DNA of 64,000 nt, taken from contig QXZU01000186.1 of the NCBI GenBank assembly GCA_009886205.1, positions 24,043 through 88,042 of the forward strand, read 5' to 3'. Positions within the stretch are counted from its first letter, which is position 1. Every line of letters begins with the position of its first letter. A program made the position numbers and the translations under genes. This DNA comes from K189A clade bacterium (GTDB lineage Bacteria > Pseudomonadota > Gammaproteobacteria > Pseudomonadales > Azotimanducaceae). This document shows positions 23,113-33,180 of this stretch, piece after piece. The notes under the pieces were generated by a model. The model did no database searches. It saw only the letters and a program-made list of their open reading frames with translations, and was not told the DNA's origin.

Positions 23113-23955
23113 GTGAGTACCACGCGTATTTTTCACAAAATGCATAGCCTGGGTAATGACTTCATGGTGTTAGATTGCGTAAGCAATCCGCAAAGCATTG
23201 ATGCTGACCTAGTACGCTCTTGGTCAGATAGAAAACTGGGTATCGGCTTCGATCAATTGCTGGTGATAGCGCCCCCAACGTTAGCCACCGCTGATTTCGA
23301 TTATCAAATTTTCAATGCGGACGGCACGCAGGCTCAACAATGTGGCAACGGTACACGTTGTGTGGCGTATCTAGCTAATCATCTGGGACTGAGTAAAAAC
23401 AACCACCTACTATGGAACTCCGCTGGGGGCATGATTGAAACCACCCTGCACAATGCAAAGCAAATTCAAACATTGATGCCAGCGCCAATCCTTGAGCACA
23501 AACACATACCATTTGTTGGCAAGTCCGAACAGCTGACAGAAGACATGACCGTATGCGAGCAGACCTTCTGTGTCACCCCGGTATCAATGGGCAATCCTCA
23601 TGGGGTGATTTTTGTCGAAAGTTTAGTAGACCTAGATGTAGAAAAAATAGGCGGAGAGATGACCGCTCACGAATTTTTTCCAGAGCGCGCGAACATCGGC
23701 TTTTGCCAAGTAGTAGATGAACACTTTGTGCGCCTGCGCGTTTATGAACGCGGCGTTGGCGAAACATTGGCGTGTGGCACAGGTGCTTGTGCAGCGGTTG
23801 TGGCAGCACACCTTAACGGTCATGTTAATGGCCGAGTAAAAGTATCTTTGCCGGGCGGTAAGCTTCGCATACAGTGGTCTGGAAAAGGGCATCAAGTTGT
23901 CATGACTGGCGATGCGAACCTTGTCCACCGCGGCGAACTAGTAATGGAGAGCTAA
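23113..23955 (+). CDS. dapF: Diaminopimelate epimerase
   Basis: KMHSLGNDF, QCGNGTRC, SMGNPH and ERGVGETLACGTGACA motifs. Confidence 0.97.
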   Translation: MSTTRIFHKMHSLGNDFMVLDCVSNPQSIDADLVRSWSDRKLGIGFDQLLVIAPPTLATADFDYQIFNADGTQAQQCGNGTRCVAYLANHLGLSKNNHLLWNSAGGMIETTLHNAKQIQTLMPAPILEHKHIPFVGKSEQLTEDMTVCEQTFCVTPVSMGNPHGVIFVESLVDLDVEKIGGEMTAHEFFPERANIGFCQVVDEHFVRLRVYERGVGETLACGTGACAAVVAAHLNGHVNGRVKVSLPGGKLRIQWSGKGHQVVMTGDANLVHRGELVMES

Positions 23956-23958
23956 CTC

Positions 23959-24648
23959 GTGCACTTACACAATGATAACGAAGACGCAGATAACAAAGTT
24001 AATGAGCAAGAAATTCTCGATTACCTGCGCAAACATCCGGATTTTTTTCAACGGCATGTAACAGCGCTATCAGAGCTTACCTTGCCTCATGAATCTGGCG
24101 GCACCGTGTCACTGGTAGAACGGCAAATAGATATTCTTCGGGATCGGAATGTGGCCATGCGACGACGCATGAATGAACTGCTGCACGCCGCCCGAATCAA
24201 CGACGAGATTTTTGCGAAGACGCGTTCACTGAACCTAGCATTGCTTGAAGTGAGTTCTTGGCATGAGCTTAATGAGGTTTTGGCAACTCACGTTCTAGTG
24301 GATTTCGAGGCAGATTTTGTTTGTACTCACATGTTAGATGCAGATCTCGCATTATCGTTAGATCATATTCAACATCACCTCAATGAACTGCCCTTCCAGC
24401 ACCTACAAAACAGCACCGATGCCGCTTGTACTGCGTTGCGTCAAAGCGAGTTAGAACAAATGTTTCCCATGTCTGATCACGATGAGTCGGGCAGCGCTGT
24501 GATCTTAGCCGTCACCCTGAACAAGGGCACTGGGGCTTTGTGTATAGGTAGCCGCGATGCCAATCGTTTTGCAAAAAATATGGATACGCTTTTCGTTAAA
24601 TATATTGCAGACATCTTGGGCAAAGTCATGAATCGACTCGCCGACTGA
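23959..24648 (+). CDS. DUF484 (YigA) family protein
   Basis: YLRKHPDFF, PHESGGTVSLVERQ and LCIGSRDANRF motifs; sits between dapF and xerC. Confidence 0.88.
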   Translation: MHLHNDNEDADNKVNEQEILDYLRKHPDFFQRHVTALSELTLPHESGGTVSLVERQIDILRDRNVAMRRRMNELLHAARINDEIFAKTRSLNLALLEVSSWHELNEVLATHVLVDFEADFVCTHMLDADLALSLDHIQHHLNELPFQHLQNSTDAACTALRQSELEQMFPMSDHDESGSAVILAVTLNKGTGALCIGSRDANRFAKNMDTLFVKYIADILGKVMNRLAD

Positions 24649-25538
24649 TGTCTGATCCACAGATTTTGGTTGAGCAATATCTGCGCTACCTTACTGTTGT
24701 GCGAAGTTGTTCTGGGCACACGCTGAGTGCCTACAAAAGAGAAATCCTCAGATTCGCTGACTTTTTGCACAAACCTCTTGCGCAGGCTACCCCACAAGAC
24801 GTGACAGCTTTCATTTCGAAATTGCGCCACAAGGATCTAAGTAGCAAGAGTATCCAGCGTAACCTTTCCGCGATAAGAAGCTTCTACAGCTATCTACTAG
24901 ATCAGGAAATTATAACAACCAACCCCGCGACTATCGCCAAGTCACCTAAGGTTAAACGTCGCCTACCAAAAGTTTTAGACACAGACCAAGCCGCTCGGCT
25001 GTTAGATTTTCAGCCACAGAATGCCAAGGAAAAACGTGACAAAGCGATTATAGAATTACTTTACGGCAGCGGCTTACGTCTCATGGAAGTTGTCGGGCTA
25101 TCTATCAAAGATTTAGATTTAGCCGCCGGCTTTGTCACCGTGTTGGGCAAAGGCAATAAGGTGCGCCAAGTACCACTTGGGCGGCTATGTATTAAGGCGC
25201 TGGATGAGTGGTTAGCCGAGCACCCGTCTATTGCCACTGATGCACCGCTGTTCCCTAGCAAAAACGGCCAACCGATTAGTCCGCGCACAATACAAAAGCG
25301 ACTCAAGGATATTGCGGTAATTCAATTGGGCGACAACAGCCTGCACCCGCACATGCTGCGCCACAGCTATGCCACTCACATGCTTGAGTCGTCCGGCGAC
25401 TTGCGCGGAATTCAAGAACTGCTTGGTCACAACGACATTTCTACCACCCAAATTTATACCCATCTAGACTTTCAACATTTGGCCAACGTTTACGATAAGG
25501 CTCACCCAAGAGCGAAGTCCCGACCTGATAAAGATTAG
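24648..25538 (+). CDS. xerC: Tyrosine recombinase XerC
   Basis: GSGLRLME, GKGNK, HPHMLRHSYATH and LLGH...TTQIY give an intact R-K-H-R-H-Y set; dapF operon context. Confidence 0.95.
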   Translation: MSDPQILVEQYLRYLTVVRSCSGHTLSAYKREILRFADFLHKPLAQATPQDVTAFISKLRHKDLSSKSIQRNLSAIRSFYSYLLDQEIITTNPATIAKSPKVKRRLPKVLDTDQAARLLDFQPQNAKEKRDKAIIELLYGSGLRLMEVVGLSIKDLDLAAGFVTVLGKGNKVRQVPLGRLCIKALDEWLAEHPSIATDAPLFPSKNGQPISPRTIQKRLKDIAVIQLGDNSLHPHMLRHSYATHMLESSGDLRGIQELLGHNDISTTQIYTHLDFQHLANVYDKAHPRAKSRPDKD

Positions 25539-25579
25539 ATGATTGGATTGATCATCCGCCCTAAAAACATAAGAGAAAA

Positions 25580-26305
25580 ATGAGCGCACAGAATAATAAG
25601 ATAAAAGTTATAACTTTAGATTTGGACAACACGCTGTGGGATGTTGAAGCCACTATCATTGTTGCAGAGAAAAACATGCGCCTATGGATGCAGGACAATG
25701 TCCCCGACGCATTAGCCATTTATAAATCAGATGCAACAGCGGAAATTCGTAGCAAAGTTGTGGCCGACAACCCAACGCAAATCCATGACCTAACCTTTCT
25801 TCGCATTGAAGTCTTATTCAGGATCATTACGGCGACTGGTGTCGCTAGTGAACAAGCTCGAAGCCTGGCCGAAGAGGCTTTTGCCGTCTTCTTCAAAGGT
25901 AGAAATGACGTTGCTTTTTTTCCTGGCGCGCTAGAGATGTTGGACTTTTTGTCGCAACGTTACGCTCTCTTTTCCCTGACAAATGGCAACGCTGATGTGG
26001 AGCAAGTAGGGATCGCAAAATTTCTCACAGGCGCGGTGTCCAGCGCTGACGTTGGTGCCAGCAAACCTAGCCGTCAGATGTTCGAGGCTGTGCTAGATAG
26101 GGCAGGCGTTAGCGCCGATCAGTGTATACACGTTGGCGATCACTTAACTGACGATATTGAAGGCGCTAATAACGCGGGCATGCACACCCTCTGGGTAAAC
26201 CTCACAGAACAGGTGCGCTCCGAGGACCAAGCTAAGGCAAACATTGAAGTGACGAATCTTGAGGAACTGCCCGCGGCACTGGAAGCTTATCAAGGCAGTC
26301 TATAG
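25580..26305 (+). CDS. HAD hydrolase (YigB-like)
   Basis: LDLDNTLW, LTNGNAD, SKP and HVGDHLTDD motifs; follows xerC. Confidence 0.88.
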   Translation: MSAQNNKIKVITLDLDNTLWDVEATIIVAEKNMRLWMQDNVPDALAIYKSDATAEIRSKVVADNPTQIHDLTFLRIEVLFRIITATGVASEQARSLAEEAFAVFFKGRNDVAFFPGALEMLDFLSQRYALFSLTNGNADVEQVGIAKFLTGAVSSADVGASKPSRQMFEAVLDRAGVSADQCIHVGDHLTDDIEGANNAGMHTLWVNLTEQVRSEDQAKANIEVTNLEELPAALEAYQGSL

Positions 26306-26418
26306 TAAATTGGCATCCACTCAGACGATGCCTGCACCTAATGGCAGGCGCTCGCGCCTAAAAATTCTCTAGGTTTTTTGCTGCAAATCTAGCGCACTGA
26401 AATTCAGACCAACCCCGT

Positions 26419-27777
26419 TTAAACCCGCGCCGCCAAATAGTCCTTAACCGCGTCTATATTTGCATCAATATGCCCTTTGCGAACGGGTAGACCAGATAAC
26501 GCTTCTAGCGAGGGGTGAGTGGGCGTCACGCCTGTTGCCTCGATAACCGCGTCCGGAAATTTCGCTGGATGGGCTGTTGCAACACAGATCCTTGGCGTAC
26601 TCAAACCACCGCCCTGAGCCTTTGTTGCCGCATAACCAACGGCAGTATGGGGGTCTAATATGTAGTCGTAATTGGCCTGCGCTTCCGCCATAGATTTAAG
26701 GGTCTCGCCGCGTCCCACTGCCACTGCTGTAAACAACTCATCGGTCGGTGCTCCGCCAATACTAGCATTACCCGTTTCGTTGAATTCTGCCATGAACGCA
26801 CAAAGACGATTGCTGTCCTGGTCAAAATAGTAATAAAGAAAGCGTTCAAAATTACTGGCAACCTGAATGTCCATTGCTGGGGATAGGGTTTGGTGAACCT
26901 CGCCTCGTGAATACTCGCCCGTTTGGAAGAAGCGAGCCAAAATATCGTTTTCGTTTGTCGCTAACAGTAGATTGGCGATGGGAAAGCCCATTTGGTGCGC
27001 AAGATAAGCTGCGAACACATTACCAAAATTCCCTGTAGGTACCGCAAAGTTTGCCGGTTGGTCCGTGCGTAGGCTTGCATAGGCGTAATAAACGATTTGA
27101 GCCATGACCCGCGCCCAGTTCACCGAATTCACAGCGCCCAAATCATATTTAGCTTTGAAGTCGGCATCTGCAAAAATTGTTTTCATTAGATTTTGGCAAT
27201 CGTCAAAACTACCGTCTACCGAAATACAGTGCACGTTGTCGTCTGCAACAGTAGTCATCTGTAACTCTTGCAGAGGGCTAATGCGTCCATGAGGATACAT
27301 AATAAAAATATCTACATTCTTCTGCCCGCGTACACCTGCAATGGCCGCACTGCCGGTGTCGCCACTGGTGGCGCCCAAGATATTCAGTTTTTGCCCGCGC
27401 TCACCTAAGACATGCTCAAAAAGTTTACCTAGCAATTGCAAAGCGACATCTTTAAACGCCAGCGTTGGGCCATGAAATAGTTCCAACACCACCATATCGT
27501 CCAACTGTTTCCAGCCAACAACATCAGGATGATCAAAAGATGCATAAGATTCTTGGATAAGCCGGTGCAGGATATCCGGTTTAATATCGTCAATGAACAT
27601 GGGCAAGATTTTTTGCGCCAGTTCGACAAAACCTAACGCTCGCCATTCTTGCAAATGCGGCCGAACATCTGGGATTGATTCAGGTACAAGTAGGCCGCTG
27701 TCGGAAGCCAAACCCATTAGCAGCGCATCGGTAAATCCAATGCCACTGACTTGTCCTCTGGTGCTCTTATATTTCAT
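26419..27777 (-). CDS. thrC: Threonine synthase
   Basis: MKYKSTRG, ELFHGPTLAFKD, ATSGDTG, VNSVNWAR, VPTGNFGN and ATAHPAKF motifs. Confidence 0.96.
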   Translation of the reverse strand: MKYKSTRGQVSGIGFTDALLMGLASDSGLLVPESIPDVRPHLQEWRALGFVELAQKILPMFIDDIKPDILHRLIQESYASFDHPDVVGWKQLDDMVVLELFHGPTLAFKDVALQLLGKLFEHVLGERGQKLNILGATSGDTGSAAIAGVRGQKNVDIFIMYPHGRISPLQELQMTTVADDNVHCISVDGSFDDCQNLMKTIFADADFKAKYDLGAVNSVNWARVMAQIVYYAYASLRTDQPANFAVPTGNFGNVFAAYLAHQMGFPIANLLLATNENDILARFFQTGEYSRGEVHQTLSPAMDIQVASNFERFLYYYFDQDSNRLCAFMAEFNETGNASIGGAPTDELFTAVAVGRGETLKSMAEAQANYDYILDPHTAVGYAATKAQGGGLSTPRICVATAHPAKFPDAVIEATGVTPTHPSLEALSGLPVRKGHIDANIDAVKDYLAARV

Positions 27778-27855
27778 GACGCTGTGTATTAGTGAACGAA
27801 GTGTCTATCTTAAACCCTCGCTAGACTTATGGAACCTTTTGCTTAACTAACAGAC

Positions 27856-27883
27856 AAAAAAAAGCCGCCCGTAGGCGGCTTTT
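27856..27883 (-). terminator. Intrinsic terminator of glnK-amtB
   Basis: Minus strand AAAAGCCGCC-UACG-GGCGGC-UUUUUUUU. Confidence 0.85.
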
Positions 27884-27909
27884 CCAAGCTTTCGCTTCAA
27901 GTTTAAAAC

Positions 27910-29130
27910 TTATTTATTAAACTCTGGGTACGCTACGATACCAATCTCTGCTTTGTCAGCGCCAATCAGTTCGTCTTCCTCAGAGAGGCGAATACCGATC
28001 ACAAGTTTGATAATGAACCAAACAACTAACGCTGCTACGAAGGTAAAGCCAAAGATTGCACCTAGTCCAGTTAGCTGGCCGGTTAGCGTTGCGTCATCAG
28101 AGGTGATCAATACAGCCATCAGACCCCAGATACCGCAGGTACCGTGAACTGATATGGCACCTACTGGGTCATCAATTTTAATCTTGTCTAAGCCAACAAT
28201 GGATAAGACCACTAGTACGCCACCTACAGCACCGATCAGCATTGACTCCAAATTAGTACCGGACAGTGGTTCAGCCGTAATGGATACCAAACCTGCCAAA
28301 GCGCCGTTAAGTGCCATGGTCAAGTCAGCCTTGCCGAAGATAACAGTTGCTAGAATCAGCGCTGCAACCAATCCGCCCGCTGCTGCCATGTTCGTGTTTA
28401 CAAACACTTGTGCTACTGCATTGGCTTCATCGATATTACTTAACTTCAATTCTGATCCACCGTTGAATCCGAACCAACCGAACCAAAGGATAAACATACC
28501 CAGTGTTGCTAAAGGCATATTTGATCCTGGGATAGGCGTGATCTCGCCGTTGGGACCGTACTTACCGCTACGTGGTCCAAGTAAAATTACACCGGCTAAC
28601 GCTGCTGCTGCACCGCACATGTGCACAATACCCGAGCCAGCAAAGTCTACGAAACCTGCTTCTGAAAGGAATCCACCACCCCAGCTCCAGCTACCCTGCA
28701 ATGGGTAAATGAAACCAGTCATCACTACTGCGAACAGTAAGAAGGACCAGAGCTTCATTCTTTCTGCAACGGCGCCCGAGATAATGGACATTGCAGTTGC
28801 GACAAAGACAACCTGAAAGAAGAAATCTGAACGTGCGGAGTAGTAAGTATCACCACCCGAAGCAAGCACATCATCTACTGTGTTTTCTGCGCCTAAGAAC
28901 AAGCCTTCGCCACCGTACATAATGTTATAGCCAATGACTAAGTACATGATGCAAGCGATGGAAAACAGCGCTACGTTTTTGGTTAAAATTTCAGAGGTGT
29001 TTTTCGAACGCACCATGCCAGCCTCTAACATGGCAAAGCCCGGCGCCATGAACATTACCATGGCACCCATTACTAAGAAGTAGAACGTGTCTACCGCGTA
29101 TGCTAATTGAACTAGATCTTCCACAATCAT
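27910..29130 (-). CDS. amtB: Ammonium transporter
   Basis: GFAMLEAG, DFAGSGIVH, WFGWFGFNGGS and DDPVGAISVHG motifs; twin His retained. Confidence 0.97.
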   Translation of the reverse strand: MIVEDLVQLAYAVDTFYFLVMGAMVMFMAPGFAMLEAGMVRSKNTSEILTKNVALFSIACIMYLVIGYNIMYGGEGLFLGAENTVDDVLASGGDTYYSARSDFFFQVVFVATAMSIISGAVAERMKLWSFLLFAVVMTGFIYPLQGSWSWGGGFLSEAGFVDFAGSGIVHMCGAAAALAGVILLGPRSGKYGPNGEITPIPGSNMPLATLGMFILWFGWFGFNGGSELKLSNIDEANAVAQVFVNTNMAAAGGLVAALILATVIFGKADLTMALNGALAGLVSITAEPLSGTNLESMLIGAVGGVLVVLSIVGLDKIKIDDPVGAISVHGTCGIWGLMAVLITSDDATLTGQLTGLGAIFGFTFVAALVVWFIIKLVIGIRLSEEDELIGADKAEIGIVAYPEFNK

Positions 29131-29151
29131 TTCTCCAAATATGGTTTAAAG

Positions 29152-29499
<348 letters not shown>

Positions 29500-29680
29500 C
29501 TAAGCTTCTGGGACACGCCTGTTGTATTCGTCAACCGGCAGAGCGATCTGTTGTGGAAGATCAAATGCGTTAAACGCATCCCTGAATTTTCTACGAATCA
29601 GAACTATTTAGATACCTTCTCTGCGCACAGAAATGACATCTGATTTTTTATTTCCTTAACTTCGATCTTGTTCTGGTAAT

Positions 29681-29697
29681 AGCAAGATGCGTGCCTA
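29681..29697 (-). promoter_or_regulatory. sigma54 -24/-12 promoter of glnK-amtB
   Basis: Minus strand TAGGCACGCATCTTGCT: GG-N10-GC with GGCAC and TTGC cores. Confidence 0.75.
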
Positions 29698-29836
29698 GTT
29701 CAGAATTTTTTTATTTGAAGAGGAAATTATGCGGGGAAACATTGAATTCCAGGCCACCAGACACACTGAGACATAAGCAGGACGAAGGTTTGCGCAACAT
29801 CGCCACCTCAGGGCAATTTTCAACACTCAACGCATA

Positions 29837-29896
29837 TGCACCGCTATCGCTCACTCAATTAGGTACCAAAGAGATTTGGCGCACCGTTCTAGTGCG
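29837..29896. promoter_or_regulatory. Paired NtrC-like boxes upstream of glnK
   Basis: CGCACC-GTTCT-AGTGCG (29880-29896) and a weaker TGCACC-GCTAT-CGCTCA (29837-29853), against consensus TGCACC-N5-GGTGCA. Confidence 0.6.
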
Positions 29897-30327
29897 CAAT
29901 TTGCGCGGGGGCGTCAATGACGCACTCCAATTAGGCGAAAGTCTTATATGCGATAAAAGCAAAATGCGCTTAGATAGAAGAAGATAGATACAAGACAAGC
30001 AAAAGACGAGCAAAAGACAGCTAGCCAAACACAAAACAAAATTGCTGGCCCAGTATCTATGCACGCACTTAGTGCATTTTGGTGGATCTGAGTGCATTGG
30101 GCGCAATGAATCTGCGCGGCCAATGCAATGGAGATCGGATATTTGCACTATCATTCGGATAAAATGCATGCACGGGATAAATCTATAAACCTTTAAATCT
30201 ATGAACCTTTAAAGCGACAAGGCGACAAAGCGATAGATATAAGTACAAAGAAACGGGCCCGAGTAAATGTTCCACCGAATATTTCAACCTCGGTCAGAAT
30301 AAGACAGCGACAAATGAGTAAACAAAT

Positions 30328-30561
30328 ATGACAGCCAAAGATCCACTAGGTGCTTTATTCGAGATATTGAGTAGCCAACTGCCTCAAGCCTCTCTTGTGC
30401 AAGTAAAGGAAAAGGTTAACCAATTATTTAGCCAGCTAGAGTTAGTGCCAAAAAAAGATTTCGAAGCGCATCGCGACGTTGTAGAAACGCTAAAACAGCA
30501 AGTTGAGGATTTGGAACAGCGACTAAAAACCCTCGAACAATCAGACGCTAATAGTCAGTAA
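30328..30561 (+). CDS. ubiK: Accessory factor UbiK (YqiC/BMFP family)
   Basis: 77 aa with FSQLELVPKKDFEAHRDVV...LEQRLKTLE coiled coil; divergent from glnK and upstream of comM. Confidence 0.85.
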   Translation: MTAKDPLGALFEILSSQLPQASLVQVKEKVNQLFSQLELVPKKDFEAHRDVVETLKQQVEDLEQRLKTLEQSDANSQ

Positions 30562-32093
30562 TGGCAATGAAGTCAGTGGGACCCATATTCAGCCGCATAC
30601 CCATCGGCCTGAATGCTCACTGCATATCTATTGAATGTCATATTGCCCCCGGACTTCCTGGCACAACCATCGTTGGACTTGCCGAGGGCGCAGTCAAAGA
30701 ATCCAGAGACCGAGTAAAGAGCGCGCTTAGAAACAACGGTTTCAATTATCCAAATGGTCACGTCATCATTAATTTGGCCCCCGGTAATTTGGCAAAAAGT
30801 GGCACCGGTTTTGACTTGCCTATTGCTTTGGCAATTCTTCAGGCCAGCGGTCAGGTCAATATACCCAACAGAGAAAACACAGAATTCATTGGCGAACTGG
30901 GATTATTTGGTGAGCTACGCCCTATCAACGGCATTCTTACTTGCGCCCTAGCCAGCAGCAAAGCAAATAAACGTTTGGTAATGCCTGCCCAAAACGAGCA
31001 AGAGGCAAGCCTAGTTAAAGGCGGCGACTTATTGGTAGCACCCAATCTCAGTGAACTGATTAAACATCTCAGCGCCCATGAGCCCAACGACGTTCGTTGC
31101 CCAGCGCCGCAAAAAGGTGCGGTTAGACCCGTTCAACAGTCCACTTACGGGCAAATTATTGGTCAACTGGGTGCCAAAAAAGGGCTTTTAGTGGCAGCGG
31201 CGGGCGGTCATCACCTTATTATGTTGGGCCCCCCCGGCGCAGGTAAGACCATGCTGGCGCGAAGTTTTATAGACCTATTACCCACCCTAAGCGATCAATC
31301 GTCCTTAGAAGTTGCCACCATCTATTCAAGTATTGGATTGGAACGCTCTGATCATACCAAGGTGCCGTTTCGCGACCCCCATCATTCTATTAGCAGTGCC
31401 GCCATGGTGGGGGGTGGTCAACAACCGCAACCGGGGGAGGTGGCGTTGGCACATAAAGGGGTACTGTTTCTGGATGAACTACCGCACTTCAAACCGGCCA
31501 CTCTTGATTTACTGCGAGAACCCATCGAGACCGGCCATGCGGTTATCGCTCGAGCAAAATACCGCGTTTCATTTCCTTGTGACTTTCAGCTAATCGCAGC
31601 AATGAACCCCTGCCCTGCTGGACGCTCATGTAAGGAAGACGGCTGTCGCTGCGGGCCTAGCCAGGTGCAAAAGTATAGGGGCCGTGTATCCGGGCCATTG
31701 CTGGACAGAATTGATCTACACGTGCAGGTACCGGAGCTAGATCAGCTACTACTGGCAAAACTGCAAAAGCAAAATGTCAGTACAATTGACCCTTTGCCAC
31801 AACTTAAGGAAAAGGTTATCACTGCAATGAACGCACAACTAAAACGGCAGGGTTGCCTTAATGTGAAACTTTCAGGCAAAGCGTTGGACGCGGAAGTTGC
31901 TAGCGCGCATATCTCAGAGGCCTTCTTAGAAAAAGCTATTGAGCAATTTCACCTATCAGCCAGGAGTTACCACAAGATATGGCGTATTGCTCGAACGCTG
32001 GCAGATTTAGATCAGCAAAGCACTATTAGTGAAGCGAACTTTTTGCAGGCACTGAATTTTAGAAGCATCAACTGGGAAGCCGACAGCGTCTAA
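30561..32093 (+). CDS. comM: YifB/ComM Mg-chelatase-like AAA+ ATPase
   Basis: IVGLAEGAVKESRDRV, GPPGAGKTMLA, FRDPHHS, GVLFLDELP and SGPLLDRIDL motifs. Confidence 0.93.
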   Translation: MAMKSVGPIFSRIPIGLNAHCISIECHIAPGLPGTTIVGLAEGAVKESRDRVKSALRNNGFNYPNGHVIINLAPGNLAKSGTGFDLPIALAILQASGQVNIPNRENTEFIGELGLFGELRPINGILTCALASSKANKRLVMPAQNEQEASLVKGGDLLVAPNLSELIKHLSAHEPNDVRCPAPQKGAVRPVQQSTYGQIIGQLGAKKGLLVAAAGGHHLIMLGPPGAGKTMLARSFIDLLPTLSDQSSLEVATIYSSIGLERSDHTKVPFRDPHHSISSAAMVGGGQQPQPGEVALAHKGVLFLDELPHFKPATLDLLREPIETGHAVIARAKYRVSFPCDFQLIAAMNPCPAGRSCKEDGCRCGPSQVQKYRGRVSGPLLDRIDLHVQVPELDQLLLAKLQKQNVSTIDPLPQLKEKVITAMNAQLKRQGCLNVKLSGKALDAEVASAHISEAFLEKAIEQFHLSARSYHKIWRIARTLADLDQQSTISEANFLQALNFRSINWEADSV

Positions 32094-32192
32094 CAACGCG
32101 TTTATGTTTAGTGGCGAAGCCGTTGTTACTTGTCTCAGTTTTTGCGCTCAGCCCGTGGATTTGTCAGAGCGAAATGCTTAAGTGAGACAGCT

Positions 32193-32222
32193 GCATAATT
32201 GGGTCACGCATAATTGGGTCAC
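32193..32222. repeat. Perfect 15-bp direct duplication GCATAATTGGGTCAC x2
   Basis: Visible at 32193-32207 and 32208-32222. Confidence 0.95.
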
Positions 32223-32232
32223 ACTGTCGCAC

Positions 32233-32258
32233 AAAAAAAGGCTCCCGAAGGAGCCTTT
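32233..32258 (-). terminator. Intrinsic terminator of the TorF-family porin gene
   Basis: Minus strand AAAGGCUCC-UUCG-GGAGCC-UUUUUUU with a C(UUCG)G tetraloop. Confidence 0.88.
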
Positions 32259-32296
32259 AATACTTAAATCCTAAGCCCTAAGCGGCTTTGAAGGAT

Positions 32297-32926
32297 TTAG
32301 AAGCTTTTGCCGATAGACAGCGTGATGCCTTCACCCGCTGCGTTGTCTGTGCCTTCTAGCTCGTCACTTGGGAAGATCAGCGCTACGCCAAGGTCGATCT
32401 CTGAAACAGTTGTGCCGTAACCAAGTTCAAAGTAGTCACCGTCAAACTCGTCACCGAAAGAACCATAGAGGCCATAGAATCCTGCGCCTAGATCAATAGA
32501 TACTTCGAGGAAGTCATAGTCGGTACCGCCGTCGCCGTCCCATTCACCGATGGAGTAGCCAATGCTCACGGGGCCATAACCAGCGCTTAAATTGACCTCT
32601 TCGTAAGTTTCGTCGAAATCACCTGTGTAGTAGTAGCCGGTAAAACCAACACCATAGGAAAAATCACCTACTTCGCCACCGTAGCCTAAGTAACCGTCCA
32701 CTTCCAAACCGTCACCTACATCAGCAGTCCACGCGCCCGCATAGAAGCCGCTTTGCTCGTAGTCAATTCCAGCACTTGCAGAAGCGTTCTTTTGGTAGAT
32801 ACCTCTGTAATAGTATTCTGATACAAATCCAACGTTATAAGAAACGTCAGCGCTTGCTACTGATGACGTTAACAACGAACCTGAAACGATGGCGCCTACT
32901 GATAAGATTTTTGCTAATGTTTTCAT
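32297..32926 (-). CDS. TorF-family putative porin (TIGR02001-like)
   Basis: Signal peptide ending ASA, then DVSYNVGFVSEYYYRGIYQ, ASAGIDYE..GFYAGAW, EVDGYLGY and a C-terminal Phe (IGKSF). Confidence 0.82.
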   Translation of the reverse strand: MKTLAKILSVGAIVSGSLLTSSVASADVSYNVGFVSEYYYRGIYQKNASASAGIDYEQSGFYAGAWTADVGDGLEVDGYLGYGGEVGDFSYGVGFTGYYYTGDFDETYEEVNLSAGYGPVSIGYSIGEWDGDGGTDYDFLEVSIDLGAGFYGLYGSFGDEFDGDYFELGYGTTVSEIDLGVALIFPSDELEGTDNAAGEGITLSIGKSF

Positions 32927-32997
32927 TGTCTCTCCAGACTGATTAAATTCATGAGTTTAAAATTGTTCTCATTGAGAACCATTATGTTTAGACCTTT

Positions 32998-33013
32998 TGC
33001 AATATGAGGGCCA
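32998..33013 (-). promoter_or_regulatory. sigma54 -24/-12 promoter of the TorF-family porin
   Basis: Minus strand TGGCCCTCATATTGCA: GG-N10-GC about 70 nt upstream of ATG 32926. Confidence 0.7.
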
Positions 33014-33122
33014 ACTTTACAAAAACAATGTTCAGCGGATAGAAAGCCCGTCACAGCGTGCACTTTTGTGCCTTGTTCGCGATGTTGTTCAACCTGCACA
33101 CATCGAAGCACGACTAACCGCT

Positions 33123-33180
33123 TGCACCAGAACGGTGCGATATGGGAAGACTGCATGCAGGTGCGCACAGCAACTGTGCG
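33123..33180. promoter_or_regulatory. Paired NtrC-like boxes upstream of the porin
   Basis: TGCACC-AGAAC-GGTGCG (33123-33139, 11/12 consensus) and CGCACA-GCAAC-TGTGCG (33164-33180). Confidence 0.7.

Noticed and set aside
24648-25538. Tyrosine recombinase as a phage/island integrase
   Set aside because: It lies in the canonical dapF-DUF484-xerC-yigB operon; no att site, tRNA or cargo is present.
29691-30169. ORFs 29691-29987 (+) and 29855-30169 (-) in the glnK-ubiK spacer
   Set aside because: They overlap the sigma54/NtrC regulatory sites and low-complexity repeats, with no SD or recognisable motif.
32134-32147. 14-bp near-match (CTCAG[T/C]TTTTGCGC) between this spacer and 13989-14002 as a REP family
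   Set aside because: One 13/14 match among several kb of spacer is expected by chance, and the hairpins share no common consensus.
32193-32222. GCATAAT-containing repeat as a dif site or CRISPR repeat
   Set aside because: There is no XerD arm (TTATGTTAAAT), only two abutting copies, no spacer and no cas genes.
33058-33072. Minus-strand GGCACAAAAGTGC as the porin sigma54 promoter
   Set aside because: Spacing is GG-N9-GC; the correctly spaced motif is at 32998-33013.
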